NCBI GenBank assembly: GCA_030264375.1
Contig: JASCQW010000128.1
Location: 16,453,395-16,510,750 of the forward strand
From: Carcharhinus longimanus
Taxonomy: Eukaryota
Length of the DNA: 57,356 nt
Reading direction: 5' to 3'
The position numbers and the translations under genes are program-made. The notes below the pieces were generated by a model, which ran no database searches, had not been told where the DNA came from, and saw only the letters and a list, made by a program, of their open reading frames with translations. This document shows positions 1-40,380 of the stretch, one piece after another (the first letter of the stretch is position 1; each line of letters starts with the position of its first letter).

Positions 1-82
1 AAAAATAAGACTGGTCGGCGCAACATTGTGGGCCGAAGGGCCTGTTCCGCGCTGTATGTTCTATGTTCTATGTTCTTATGCT
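1..82 (+). mobile_element. CR1-type LINE 3' end with (CTATGTT)n tail
   Basis: GGGCCGAAGGGCCTGTT...ctgtatgttctatgttctatgttct. Confidence 0.65.
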
Positions 83-259
83 TCAGTGCTGATTGCTATC
101 CAGTAACTTCCACTGGAAGCAGGAGGTCTGCGGCTGTCGGATGAACTGAAGCTTTCTGTTATTGAACGTCATTGTTAAATATGAAGAGCCGTCATTAGAA
201 TGAGATACCCAGATGTCAGTCCACTCTTGTGAACTGTACCCCAGCATGAAGAAAAAAAA

Positions 260-550
260 GACTTGCATTTATATAGCACCATTCATTACCTCAGAATATC
301 TTAAGGCACTTAATATGGTTTTCAATCCTGTTGATTGAAGGATGAATATCGGCCAGAACATGTGCTCCAATTCAAAATGATAACATCTTTTACATCCAAC
401 TGAGATGGATTTAATATATTATCTGAAAGATGGCACCTCCAATACAGCAGCACTCCTTTCAGTTTAGGTTGTGTGCTCAAGTTTCTGGAGTGGGTCTTGA
501 ACCGACTAGCTGCTAACTCAGTGCTCAGCTGAACCACTGAGTCACAGCTA
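260..550 (-). mobile_element. Deu-domain (SacSINE1-like) tRNA-derived SINE, decayed; related copies at about 1660-2075, 7920-8240, 11930-12170, 15490-15780, 22400-22710, 39030-39460, 50030-50360, 51600-51890
   Basis: Recurrent blocks such as ...tcatccgaaagacggcacctcc...cagcactccctcagtactgcac... and gtgggacttgaaccc (B-box antisense). Confidence 0.55.
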
Positions 551-1309
551 CTGTCATAAACTATCACTTTCAAGAGAGGATGCATAAAGAGGGAATGTGG
601 ATGTTGCTAAAAAGTAGCAGATTGATGTGACCTTGGCATCAAAAACAGCTGTAAATGCCTCAAAAGACACTCAAATGGGAGGTTCTGTTGAGCCAGAAGA
701 TGCAGTTAATAGTTTGCAGAGGGTTTACATCAAAATGCTAAGTGAGCAGAGAAATAGAAAATGAAACAGGAAGCTGAGAAAAGTTTAAAAAAAACTGAAA
801 AGGGCACTGTAGAATTATCACAAGGAGACAGGGCGTGGTGCCTGGGGGTAATAGTAAGCTCATCGCTATTAATGGGGTCTAGACAAGGAACAGCACAATT
901 TCCAAAGCAGATACGCTGTTGGATTCAAGCCGGTGTGTTGAGGAATAGTGCCAAAGGTTAGGTCAAAACATTGGTCAAAGCTCACTTAGCATAGCGTGGT
1001 CAGCACTGTTGGAGAAATGACACGTCTCCCAATATGACATTGCTGAGAAGAGGAACAAAAAAATCCCCACATCTAAATGGAATGAGTGAGAAAGACAATC
1101 TGCAGAGAAGATCAAAAAAAGATCTCATTGAAATTTAGAAAATATTAAATAAATTAGTCGTTGAATAGAACTTCAAAGCATGCCAGAGAATCAGCCAGAG
1201 GGCATCATTTTAAATGAGTAAAAAGTACATTTAGAACAGATAGTGAAAATGATTTTATTCAGTGTGNNNNNNNNNNGAGGTCACCATTCTTTAGGTAAAG
1301 ATCTTGCAT

Positions 1310-1411
1310 GTGGAATAAAAACAGAAAATGTTGGAAATACTGAGGTCTAGCAGCATCTGTGAAGCAAAAAACAGAGTTCATGTTTCAGGTCTGTGACCTT
1401 TCACCAGAACT
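1310..1411 (-). mobile_element. Penelope-like pseudo-LTR fragment with degenerate hammerhead motif
   Basis: Minus strand AGTT-CTGGTGA-A-AGGTC-ACA-GACCT-GAAA-CATG-AACT. Confidence 0.5.
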
Positions 1412-1463
1412 TCAAGTGAAGATAACCACTGTTAATGGATCATGCTCCTGATGTTACCCCTAG

Positions 1464-1550
1464 GAATCCAATGGGAAGAACGGGAATCAAATCTCGAGGC
1501 CTGCTGGGAAAGTGGGGACCAAACCACGCTGCTGATCCCATTGTCACACG
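1464..1550 (+). CDS. NUDT9: NUDT9-like internal exon (87 nt)
   Basis: tag|G AAT CCA ATG...ACA CG|gtatgt; [29 protein letters not shown]. Confidence 0.92.
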
Positions 1551-4256
1551 GTATGTAACAAGCAGACTGAGTGAGTCAACCTGTCATCAGTGCAGGATCA
1601 GCATGTTTACATAGATCTGATCCTGGCTGAACTTCACATTGGCTCCTTATAGTGAAAGGAAGGGAATTTTCATTTATATAAGTCCAACCTCAGGATGTCC
1701 CATAGTATTTTACAGCCAATGAATACTTATTTTAAAATATGGTCACTGTTGTAATGTGAAAAAATGCAGAATTCAATTTGTACACCAAGATCCAACAAGG
1801 AGCAATGACCAGATAATCTCTCTTTCATTTGCTGATATTGGCTGAGAGCTTCCCTGCTGTTTGAAATAGTGCCATGGGAACTTCCAATTCCACTGGAGAG
1901 GGCAGGTGGGACCTTGGTTTGATATCTCATCCGAAAGCTAGTACTTCATACAATGCAGCATTCCCTCAGTCAAACACCAAAACATCCGTCAAGGCTGTTC
2001 TCAAGGCTCAGGAATGGGATCTGACCCCATGGTCTTTTGCCTTGTGGAATCAGAGGATATGGAAGCTCTGCTGTACCATCATTTCTGTTGTAGATTTGAA
2101 GCTAGGTGGCGGTGATGGGAGGACAGTGTCTGATCTATAGAGCTACTGAGGCACCAGTCTAAGCCAGAGCAGTCAAAGGTTTTCTGTCAGAACTACAAAT
2201 TTGCCTTGTCCTTTTGACCAGAACTGCTTGCTGTCTATTTCCCTCGCCATAGGGCAGCAGTTTCTCCCTATTCTCCTGTATCAGATGCCCTCATAATTTT
2301 GAACAGGGTGCAGAAAACATTTGTCATCTGATAGTCAACTCTGTCTCACCTGTGACCTCCAACTTCTCTGTGATAACTCTTTGTTTTATCAGTAGTCCTG
2401 TCCTGTTGCTGACTGAGGAATGTTTTCATTCTCCCTTGCAGGTGGAAGAGAGAGGCAGGCCAGAAGGTAATTCACAAGCAATCTGGCAAACCCATTCTAC
2501 AGTTTGTGGCGATAAAGCGGAAGGACTGCGGGGAATGGGCGATTCCTGGGGTGAGGATAATGTGACACTTGCACCAGGCTATCTGTTCAAAAACCCCTCC
2601 CAAATTGCCCCCACATGACCCTATTCCACTATGGTTTTTCTTTCCCCAGATGTTTTCCATAGCAGTATCTTTAATTCTTCAAATTCTTTAAAGAATCTTT
2701 AATTCTTGCCAGCAGGTGGGTTGGCAAACCTACTCTGATCATGTATGGAACATTAAAAACAGAGCAGACACTAAATAACTCTGGTTCTGTACCAACTCCC
2801 AACTTTGTTCCCCCAACATCATCTCATTTTTCACAATCTAATTCCCCGTCCTGACACCAATTCACTACCTCAGGACATTTTCCCTTATTGCGGGTGCTAT
2901 ATAAATGCTAGTTTCTGGTGTTACTGAGGTCCAGGTTCACAAGTAACCCTAGCCCAAAGTTCCAACAATTTAAACAGTGAGGGTCATTCAATAATGGAGG
3001 GTCCTCTGCTGCCTTCACCTAGACCCATCTCTCTGGGTAGAAAACATGACTTGGAGCAGCATCTCTGGCTCATCTATTTTCTCCCTCACGTCTGGAGCCT
3101 GTAATTTGTAAACAAAGGAGTGAATCTGGAGGTTCTGCTTTTCTCTCCCCAGGAGCACTCGTCCTGCTAGTCCTCTTGCTATCGATTAAACTAGTTTGGA
3201 GATGTAGGCCACTAGAATTTTGCCCCTGAGCAGATTACAGGGAGAGATGCTCTCTTTAAGAAGCTGGTCTTATTGAGTGCAGTTCCCCTCAGGACTGAAG
3301 GGCAAGTTGCTTTAATTGCCTCTCCCTCTTGTGGTAGGGAATGGTGGATAATGGTGAACTCGTGTCAGCGACCCTGAAGCGTGAATTTGGGGAAGAAGCA
3401 CTTAATTCTCTGACTGCCTCCAAGCGCGAGAAGGATCGCTTGAGAAGACTGTTCCAAAGCATTTTCAGTAAAGAGAAAGCCAAAGAGGTGAGCAGGCGGA
3501 GAGAAACACTTCTTTGCTGTCACTTATCCAATCCTCACTCTCTGGGGCTGAAGCTGGGGTGGATCGGAGCAGGAGGAAGGACACAAGGGATTGGACCAAG
3601 TGTGGGAGTGGAAATTTAGGGGTGGCATGGGGCATGAGGGGCTCATGATTAATGCCAGGAAAGAGGGTGAACATCAGTTGCACATGAACCACTGTCAGGA
3701 AAATTGGATTGGTCTAGTCCACTGCAATCCACACCAGTTCAACTGATTGGTTTCCTAACTTTCTAATCCAGGTGTATGCAGGATACGTGGATGATCCTCG
3801 GAATACCGACAGTGCCTGGATAGAGACAGTGGCAACAAATTTCCATGATGGCACAGGTACGTAAAAGGATGTGAACTTTGAGGTGAGAAAGGAGGGGGGA
3901 GAAATGAGGAAGAAGAGCAGATTCCTCTGCCACATTTCCAATAATCCAACCGGGACGGCACTCCAAAAGTACCTCATTGGCTGCAAGATGCTTTGGGATG
4001 TCCTGAGATAGTAAAGGTGCTGTAGAAATACACATTTTTCTTTCTATATAAGAACCAGTGGCAAAGAATCCTATGAATAGCTGGTAGTAATGTGTTACCT
4101 CTTTTTCTAGGGAACAGTGTGGGACAGCTGGATCTTCAATCGGGTGATGATGCTGGACATGTCCAGTGGTTTGACATTGACCAGCAGCTGCAGCTGTATG
4201 CCACACATTCCCATTTCCTGAAGAGAGTTACTGACCTGTGGGATGCTCACTGGTAG
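1464..4256 (+). CDS. NUDT9: NUDT9-type ADP-ribose pyrophosphatase, 3' part (5 coding exons: 1464-1550, 2442-2550, 3338-3487, 3772-3856, 4111-4256); 5' exons outside window
   Basis: Spliced translation [90 protein letters not shown].../[76 protein letters not shown] closely matches the NUDT9 C-terminal half. All introns are GT-AG with consistent phases. Ortholog versus paralog is uncertain. Confidence 0.9.
2442..2550 (+). CDS. NUDT9: NUDT9-like internal exon (109 nt)
   Basis: ttgcag|G TGG AAG...CCT GGG|gtgagg; [36 protein letters not shown]. Confidence 0.92.
3338..3487 (+). CDS. NUDT9: NUDT9-like Nudix-box exon (150 nt)
   Basis: gtag|GGA ATG GTG...AAA GAG|gtgagc; [25 protein letters not shown]. 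Confidence 0.92.
3772..3856 (+). CDS. NUDT9: NUDT9-like internal exon (85 nt)
   Basis: ccag|GTG TAT...ACA G|gtacgt; [28 protein letters not shown]. Confidence 0.92.
4111..4256 (+). CDS. NUDT9: NUDT9-like last coding exon
   Basis: ttctag|GG AAC...GAT GCT CAC TGG TAG; GDDAG motif and DAHW* end as in NUDT9. Confidence 0.92.
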
Positions 4257-4386
4257 CAACAAACGGTGAATGAGGAAATTCAAAGGACATTGCTGCAAAG
4301 TGAAGTCTACAAAGGAAAATGGGTATGGGCAGGAGTTAACAAAATTATCTTGTACAGTTTCAAACCCCACTTTGTGCGTGGACTTC

Positions 4387-4392
4387 AATAAA
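4387..4392 (+). terminator. candidate polyadenylation signal for NUDT9-like gene (second AATAAA at 4642-4647)
   Basis: AATAAA about 130 nt after the stop codon. Confidence 0.4.
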
Positions 4393-4726
4393 TTCAATGA
4401 GAACACAGGGAAAGAACACAAGTCAAAGTTGAGCATTTATTATGAAATCATACAGTGCAGAAAGAGGCCATTCAGCCCATTGTAGCTGTGCTGGCTGTTT
4501 GAAAGTGCTATCCAATTACTGTGGTTCCAATCCTCTTCTCCTTGTCCCAGTGCCCTACAAATAATCTTTCCTCTAGATACTTATCCAGTTTCTTTAGTGA
4601 ATCCATTATCACAATGCATTTCTGATTGCTGCTTAGACCACAATAAATCATCCATGGCAGGTATCAGTAGTTCCATTAAGTAGACAAGGAAACATGAGCC
4701 AAAGTTAAAATGATTTATGCATCCAT

Positions 4727-4740
4727 TTTATTCTTTTATT
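4727..4740 (-). terminator. candidate tandem polyadenylation signals for GAA-like gene
   Basis: Two TTTATT on + (AATAAA on -) at 4727-4732 and 4735-4740, about 570 nt after the GAA-like stop. Confidence 0.45.
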
Positions 4741-5308
4741 TCACATTTTTTTTAAATTACACAGTGGAGATGCTTTACCCTTATATCCAGTGTTTATACT
4801 CGCTGTATTCTTTGCTGGAAGTGAGTTTGGAAAAGGACAAGGGATGAACTGGTTTGATTTATCCTCACTTGCAGTACAAGCAGCATCTGCCTAGAAGCCT
4901 CATTTTATGCATTAATACCATAGTCAGCAAAATAGCAACTCTGCCAAACATTTAAATTGAACACTGAGTTGATGGGACAGCTCAAAAACAGGCTAAACGA
5001 CAAAGGAAAATCAGAACCAAAAACCACAGCAGGCTAGAGAACATGTAAACATTAAAAATAGGTTTTCAGACTCTCTGGCTATAAAGTATTTGGTGAATGA
5101 AGCTATATAAATGCAAATTTGTCTGTGAATGAGTTTGGAAATATGGGCCTCTTCAAGGAAGGGTACACATCTTAACAGCCCACCTGTGCTTTCTGTCCTT
5201 CAGTGTAAACTGGCCTGTTGTGTATTTCCAAAAGGTTTGCATTGCTTCAAGCTCGGGCCTGCACTCCACAGCAGGGTGACTCCTCAGTTTGAAGTTTAAT
5301 GGCAGATA

Positions 5309-33449
<28,141 letters not shown>

Positions 33450-34249
33450 CTCAATGACACTGAAAATTATAAAGAAAAAAAACTTGTTTTCATTCCAATT
33501 TCTTCCCCGTCTGCCTGATTCCTGCCAGGGGGAGAGGGCAATGAGTTTGAGTTGTCCTCCAACACCAGGCCTGTGTGTCCATTTGCCATATTGGACATTG
33601 ATGTAGGTCATAACCCAGGTCAGGCCAACCCCCTCAACTAACGTCCACGCACATGTCTAGACATACATGCAAAAACACACCAACGCAAAACACACAAAAA
33701 CACATGAGCACACAACATGCAGGTACGTACACACATGCTCCCACACACATCAGTGCACTCACACATGTGCATTTACATTTGCATACACACACACACATAT
33801 GCATGCATGCTTATATGAAAGCCATGTGCATCTTATACACATGCATTCAGACCTTGCATTACAGAGGGATCAGGTGGGGTCCCTTTCTCTCTCAGCCTCA
33901 TTTAGNNNNNNNNNNNNNNNNNNNNNNNNNNNNNNNNNNNNNNNNNNNNNNNNNNNNNNNNNNNTGTAGATGAGATAGTCACTACCGCATACCCCCAACC
34001 CCAACACCCCAAAGGGAAAGACAGGCATTGGTGAGTGTGTGACTGAGGCAAGCTAACACTCAAAAACTCTAATGTGATTGAATGTTCACAAATCCAGCAT
34101 TTCCTTTGTAACATTTGTCTCTATTATAAACAAAGGGGCTTGAGAGGAAACTATGTTTCTGAAATGACCTCACGTGCCTCCTGTCTGCATCCTCACTACA
34201 TAGCAATCAGCCTCATCTCCCCATCTACTACTCTGGTTCATTCTTCCCT

Positions 34250-34545
34250 CACAGTGTTCAGCACTGCTGCTTCACAGTGCCAGGGACCCGGGTTTGATTC
34301 CCAGCTTGGGTCACAGTCTGTGTGGAATTTGCACCTTCTCCCCATGTCTGCGTGAATTTCCTCTGAGTGCTCCGGTTTCTTCCCACAGTCAGAAAGACGT
34401 GCTGGATAGGTGCACTGGCCATGCTGAATATTCCCTCAGTGTACCCAAACAGGCGCCGGAGTGTGGCAATTACGGGATTTTCACAGTAACTTCATTGCAG
34501 TGTTAATGTAAGCCGACTTGTGACACTAATAAATAAACTTTAAAA
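34250..34545 (+). mobile_element. V-SINE/HE1-like SINE
   Basis: CACAGTGCCAGGGACCCGGGTTTGATTCCC...AATAAATAAAC tail. Confidence 0.8.
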
Positions 34546-37500
34546 AAAACTTCGTGAAACTCTTCACCTCCCTCAGCCATTCTACAATCTGGAGTATGTT
34601 AAAGGCCCAACTTTAGTGTCTCCCTCTCCTTGATCATCCAGTTCTCTGAACTCTTCAGCTACATTTGTTTCCTCAAAATATGGTATTGCCCAATTTAAAA
34701 AAAACAGCCATCGAGTCAGAGACATGTCACATGTTAGTCATAACGAAACAGGTCATGCAAAGGCTGCTTACAACCTCGATGATTGGAGAGAAAGTGGGAA
34801 GTGAAACTGTGGACACAGGACAGGGCTGCCCACCCAAAATCACATGTGTTCCTTATCTCGGTAACCTCCTCTAACACTAGAATGCTCTGAAATAGCTCCT
34901 TTCCACTAATTCTGGTTTCTTGTCCATCTCTAGTTTAAACCACTGCACCATTTGTGACTTCAGATGTCTAAACCCTAAACTCTGGAACTCCTCACTGAAT
35001 CTCTCCACCTCTAACGCTGTTTCAGACCCACCTCTTTGTGTCCATGCTTTTGGGCACTGCTCTTTGTGACAACTTATGTGGTCCAGTGACACTTAGTTTG
35101 ACAACACTGCTATGAAGGATCTTCGGCCACAGACTAGGTTAAAGATGCTACAGTAACTCTTAACCCATGTAGATTGTGGGAGGACAACACTGACCAGTTC
35201 ACCTATATTAACTTCAACTCTTTATCATTCTGGTAAACTTATACTGCACTTTCTCCAGCTCATTATTCAGTGTTCCTCACAGCAATCACTGCCTTATGAT
35301 CAGCAGCTGGAACTCTGCCCATCTTCCCCTGTCTGACTCTAGTGGTTCCAATGCTGAGTTCCACCAACAGCTGTGACTGTTAATAGCACCCTTGAGGATG
35401 AGTCAGAAGATTATGGGCCCAAGACCCACGGCAGTGATTTGAGCCAATGTCTAGGTTCAGGCTCTAGTGCCTCAACATCTCACATTCTGATCAAAGACCA
35501 GTGGTATAACCAAGATTCTCATCATGCCAAATGTTAGGGAGTCCCAAATGTTTGAATGAATATAGTCAGTGTTGTTTTATTTTAGGAGTGTTAAGCTCTG
35601 CTGATGGCTCAGATGCTAACTAAACTGCCCTCTGTGGCGTTGACTCCCACAGTCAGTGTCAGCTTGTAACTACAAGTCAAAAAGTTGTACATTAATCTGG
35701 GCTGATACTTCCACATAGTAAGTGAGCGAGTGCGCATTGTTGGAGGTGCAGCTTTACTAAGGCAATAAACAAAGGTTGTCTACCCTCGAGTGGACATAAG
35801 AAGATCTTACAGCAATAAACCAAGTTGCTGTTCATTGTCTCACTGCAGCTATTGAGAGAGAACTGTTCACAAATTGGCTGCTGACATAAGAACACAAGGA
35901 GTTAATTTAGCTTGTCCAGTCTGTTCAATGCAATCTCGGAGGATCTGATACCCAATTCCATGTAGCCACCTTTGCTGATTATCAGTCGCTGATTTAAGAT
36001 CAATAGCTGATTTTGCAGAAGACAATTCCAAACTTCTACTACCATTTGTATAGAAGTGTTTCCTGTAATCACACTCCTTAAAGATCTGGTTCTAAGTTTT
36101 ATGCTATGCTGCGCAGTCCTAGACATCCCAACCAGTGGGAATAGTTTTTGCCAATCAACCCCATTCCCTTACTATCTTGAAAGCTTCAATGAAATGACCT
36201 TTGATCTTCTAAATTGCTGTGAATATAATCCCTAGTTTGCGTAATCTCTCCTCATATCATTGTCATTTTGGTAAATCAATGCTGAGTTTCTTCCAAGGTC
36301 AACACTACACGGTGTGATATCAGAACTACTCTTAATATTCCAGGTGGGATCTAACCAGGGCTTTGTATATTTAAACATAACTTCTACATGTTTGCATTTT
36401 CAATATTATGCACTTCCAAACTAGTCCAGTGGATTTAACACACTTGGCAGAGTCACAAGATTCTGTAGAAATGTAGAAGTTTTTACACTGAGTTGAGTCA
36501 CTCCAGACCGGCAACTTTGGGTTGCAGACTAAAGATTTTGATCAAGCTACTTACTTAATACACTACGCAAAAATAGACCCATGGGTTTTGACAGAACACT
36601 GTCACAAAGCAAACTTAAACAATAAATTCACTGACAGACACTGACATAACCCACCAGCCTGTACTGACTTACATGATCAACAGTGCTCCACTGTTAGCAG
36701 TGGATATCTTACCATACTCGATCACAGGGCCCCCTCTACGTTAACCTCATACAGCCAGCTCTGTGCAGTATTTATGTCATTCCTATAAACCCCACAGAGC
36801 ACTTCTTTCAAAAAACTGCAGCAACGTGGAGGCATTCTTACTTGACTTTTTGTTGCTGGGTGAACAGTTCCTGTGGATCTTGCAGACAGATAACAAGCAG
36901 GTTATGTGTTGTTTACCCTGCCTTTTGTGGTGCTATGATTCACCCTTGGCCCTCCCAAATTGCTGCATTAAGGACCTTTCTCATGTACATGTCACACTGC
37001 TGCCCTCTGCTGGAATCATTGCACAAGGACCATCACATTAAAGTGGGGTTTAATTCCCAATGGAATTTAATGCACTCCAGTTAACTTGGTACTTCTCATT
37101 AATGCAATCGTGTTAAAATCTTAATACAGTCATCTTTTTAACACATGAGAATAAAAGAAACAAATAATTTTTAGACAAAGGCATCACGCAGTATGCCAAA
37201 GTGGGAGAAATCTAGAATATTTGTAAAATTAGAGCCATGTCTTTTAAACTAAGAAGCATTTTTCTATATAATGATAGCACAGTGTGTACCATCTCAGCCT
37301 TCATTGTACAGGCCACAGAGCTTGGAGATGAGTTTCATAGGAATAATGGTGTTGAAGGCTGAGCTGTAATCGATAAATAGGAGTCTGACAGAGGTGTCTT
37401 TGTTAGCTAGATGTTCCTCTCTCAGATCTGTACTACATTGTCACACCATTCAATGTTATTAGTTATCCCCTGGTGTGCTGACTGAACTACGTTGGCTTCT

Positions 37501-39864
37501 ATTCCGTCAACTCCTTGATTGTAAAATGAATATCCTTGTTTAAAATCCCACCATCAACTCAGCAATTTCTATTACCTGCATCCCTCTGAGCTCTCCACAA
37601 TCGTCTAATTCTGACCTCTTGTGTATGCTTGATTTTCATTGCTCCCCCCATAGAACATTACAGCGCAGTACAGGCCCTTCGGCCCTCAATGATGCATCAA
37701 CCTGTGAAACCAATCTAAAATCCATCTAACCCACACCCATGCCCATGACCATACCGAGAGCTGTTGAGACCCTAAGCTTTGGAATTTTCTCCTTAAACCT
37801 CTCCAATTCTCAAGAATGCCTCCACCTCTTACAAAACTCTTTAAAAAAACCCTCTTTGACCAAGCATTTGGTCATCAGTCCCATTATCTTTATATGGCTG
37901 ATGTCAAGTTTTGTTGTAATAATCACTTCTGCAAAGTGCCTTCAGTGTTTTAATACCACTCAATGCTTCTTACCTCTCCTTTTAAGCACAAATAAAACCT
38001 GAAGTGTCCTAATAACGTGATTTCACCACCCCACACACATTTTAAACAAGAAATATTTCAGTTTGGTAAATCAGAACACACTTCAACCTAATAAGAGCGT
38101 GGCAAGCTAAAGGCTTTTTCCCCTGTGCCTCAATTTGCTGGGGAAACAGGGTCATATTTTTGAGCAAGTCAATGTTGTAATATCCTATGTTATTTGAGAC
38201 AAAAGGACTAGGTTTATATGCATACTTCAGTGGGACTTTGCAAACTACAATATTTCTGAATCTTGGTGGCTACACCACTGCGTGGTGCTGTAGAGCAGAT
38301 TTGTGTTGGTGTTAGTCACTAATTCTGATGAAGCAAGAAAAAACTCTGGTAAACCAACTCATGTATTGTNNNNNNNNNNNNNNNNNNNNNNNNNNNNNNN
38401 NNNNNNNNNNNNNNNNNNNNNNNNNNNNNNNNNNNNNNNNNNNNNNNNNNNNNNNNNNNNNNNNNNNNNTTCACGATGGAATTACAGTAAAACTAAGGTA
38501 TTTTTTGCCAATTTACCTCATAAAAATGTCAGCTTTAGTTTAATAACAGCAATCTATGAGGTCTAAGCTGAATCACGTAGTATTTATAAAGTTCCATGTT
38601 AGGCCTCAAATTTCTCCCGGGCCTCAATTTGAACAGTGCTCCAGTTCTAGTGCATGACAAAGGGATAATGTTCAAATTGAGGCTGGTGGACAATTTGTGG
38701 CCTAATAATGTTCAAATTTAGGCTGATGGACAATTTGAGGGTTAACACTGGTGATTTTCAAATGATATGCTGGGTAAAATATCTCACTTTATTACGATTC
38801 CTATGTTTAAACCTGCACGGTTAAATAAAGCAGCAGACATAGTGACATCTGCTGGAAATTAAAGAGCTGACACGAAGGAAGATTAAGAACTACAGCTGCA
38901 AAACTATAGAAGGCAAATGGAGCTGTGCTATGTTATGATCAGTCAATGCCTTCAGTACTGTATCCAGTCCATGTCTAACAAGATGCAAGGTCAGTGTGGA
39001 GAAGAGAGAAAGGGTTAGATTTGCATTGATATTGCACCTTTTGCAGCTTCTGGGTATCCCAAAAAAGCTTGACAGCCAATGACGTACTATTTGAAGCACT
39101 TTTGTAAAATAAGAAGGGCATCAGTCAATTTATACTCACCAACTCCCACCACAAGCAATTTGACAATGACCGGATAATCTTTCTTTTACCAATATTGGTT
39201 GTGACACAAAACTGACCAGGGCACTGGGAAAAACTTCCCTGCACTTCCAAATTGTTGAGCAATCTTTTACATCTACTGAGAGGGCAGAATGGGCCCTGGT
39301 TGTACCACTTCAACTGAAAGGCTGCACCTCCAACAATGCATGACTCATTCAACACTGCAGCAGGATTGACAACCAAAGATTACATACTCAGTGTCTTAAG
39401 AGTGGGACTTGAATCTGTGACCTTCCATTGAGTAGAAAGTATATTAATCACTGCCCACAGCTGACAGGAGTTGGGAGATTATGAAAAAGAGAAACTAGGG
39501 CTTTTCAAGCCGAACAGACAGCTGAAAGATGGAGGTAGAAAATCATCTAGTCCCTGTTTTTGGGCAAGGAATGGATAAATCAGTGACACATTTTTGAAAA
39601 AATGCTTTATTTGTAATATATATATCTGTAAAGGAGATTTGTAATGCAAAACAGAGCAGATATACTTGCAGCAATAAATTACTATGGAAACGGACTTTGG
39701 AACATAATAGCCACAAGGGCAAGATCAAAGTTACTTTTAAAACATTCAATAATTTACTTCCTCTTAAACCGTAAATTAAAATAAATACCTAAAAAAGAGA
39801 CTTGAATCATTAGAACAGAAAAGGCATTTAAATCACAAAAAGTAAATAGGAAATATCTATCATT

Positions 39865-40380
39865 GTTCACTAACCATCCACCCATCAACCCCCAGCATTC
39901 ACTGACCATTTACCATCAACCCCCAGCAGTCACTGACCATTTACCATCAACCCCCAGCATTCNNNNNNNNNNNNNNNNNNNNNNNNNNNNNNNNNNNNNN
40001 NNNNNNNNNNNNNNNNNNNNNNNNNNNNNNNNNNNNNNNNNNNNNNNNNNNNNNNNNNNNNNAACCCCCAGAATTCACTGACCATCTACCCATCAACCCC
40101 CTGCATTCACTGACCATTTGCCATCAACCCCCAGCATTCATTGACCATTTGCCATCAACTCCCAGTATTCACTGACCATTTACTATCAATCCTGCGTTCA
40201 CTGAACACTTTCCCATCAGTCCTGTGTTCATTGACCATTTACCCATCAACCCACTGTGTTCACTGATCATTCGCCCATCAACCCCTCAGTGCTCAGTGAT
40301 TGTTTACAGATCAATCTCAATACTCACTGACCATCACCCATCATCCACTTGTGACCACTGACTGTTCACCCATCACCTTG
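39865..40380. repeat. about 31-bp minisatellite (CATTCACTGACCATTTACCATCAACCCCCAG)n spanning an assembly gap
   Basis: Head-to-tail units on both sides of the N gap, decaying to the right. Confidence 0.9.

Noticed and set aside
33450-33611. Upstream in-frame extension of ORF 32835-33611 (MTYINVQ...FFFFIIFSVIE)
   Set aside because: It crosses a polypyrimidine tract and AG acceptor at 33460-33490, so it is most likely intron; ATG at 33449 is the better start.
34168-34178. CACGTG as a TFEB CLEAR site for the GAA-like gene
   Set aside because: Flanks do not match GTCACGTGAC, it is a single site, and the promoter position is unknown.
39865-40380. Regular ~31-bp repeats as a CRISPR array
   Set aside because: Units are head-to-tail with no unique spacers, there are no cas genes, and the context is eukaryotic.
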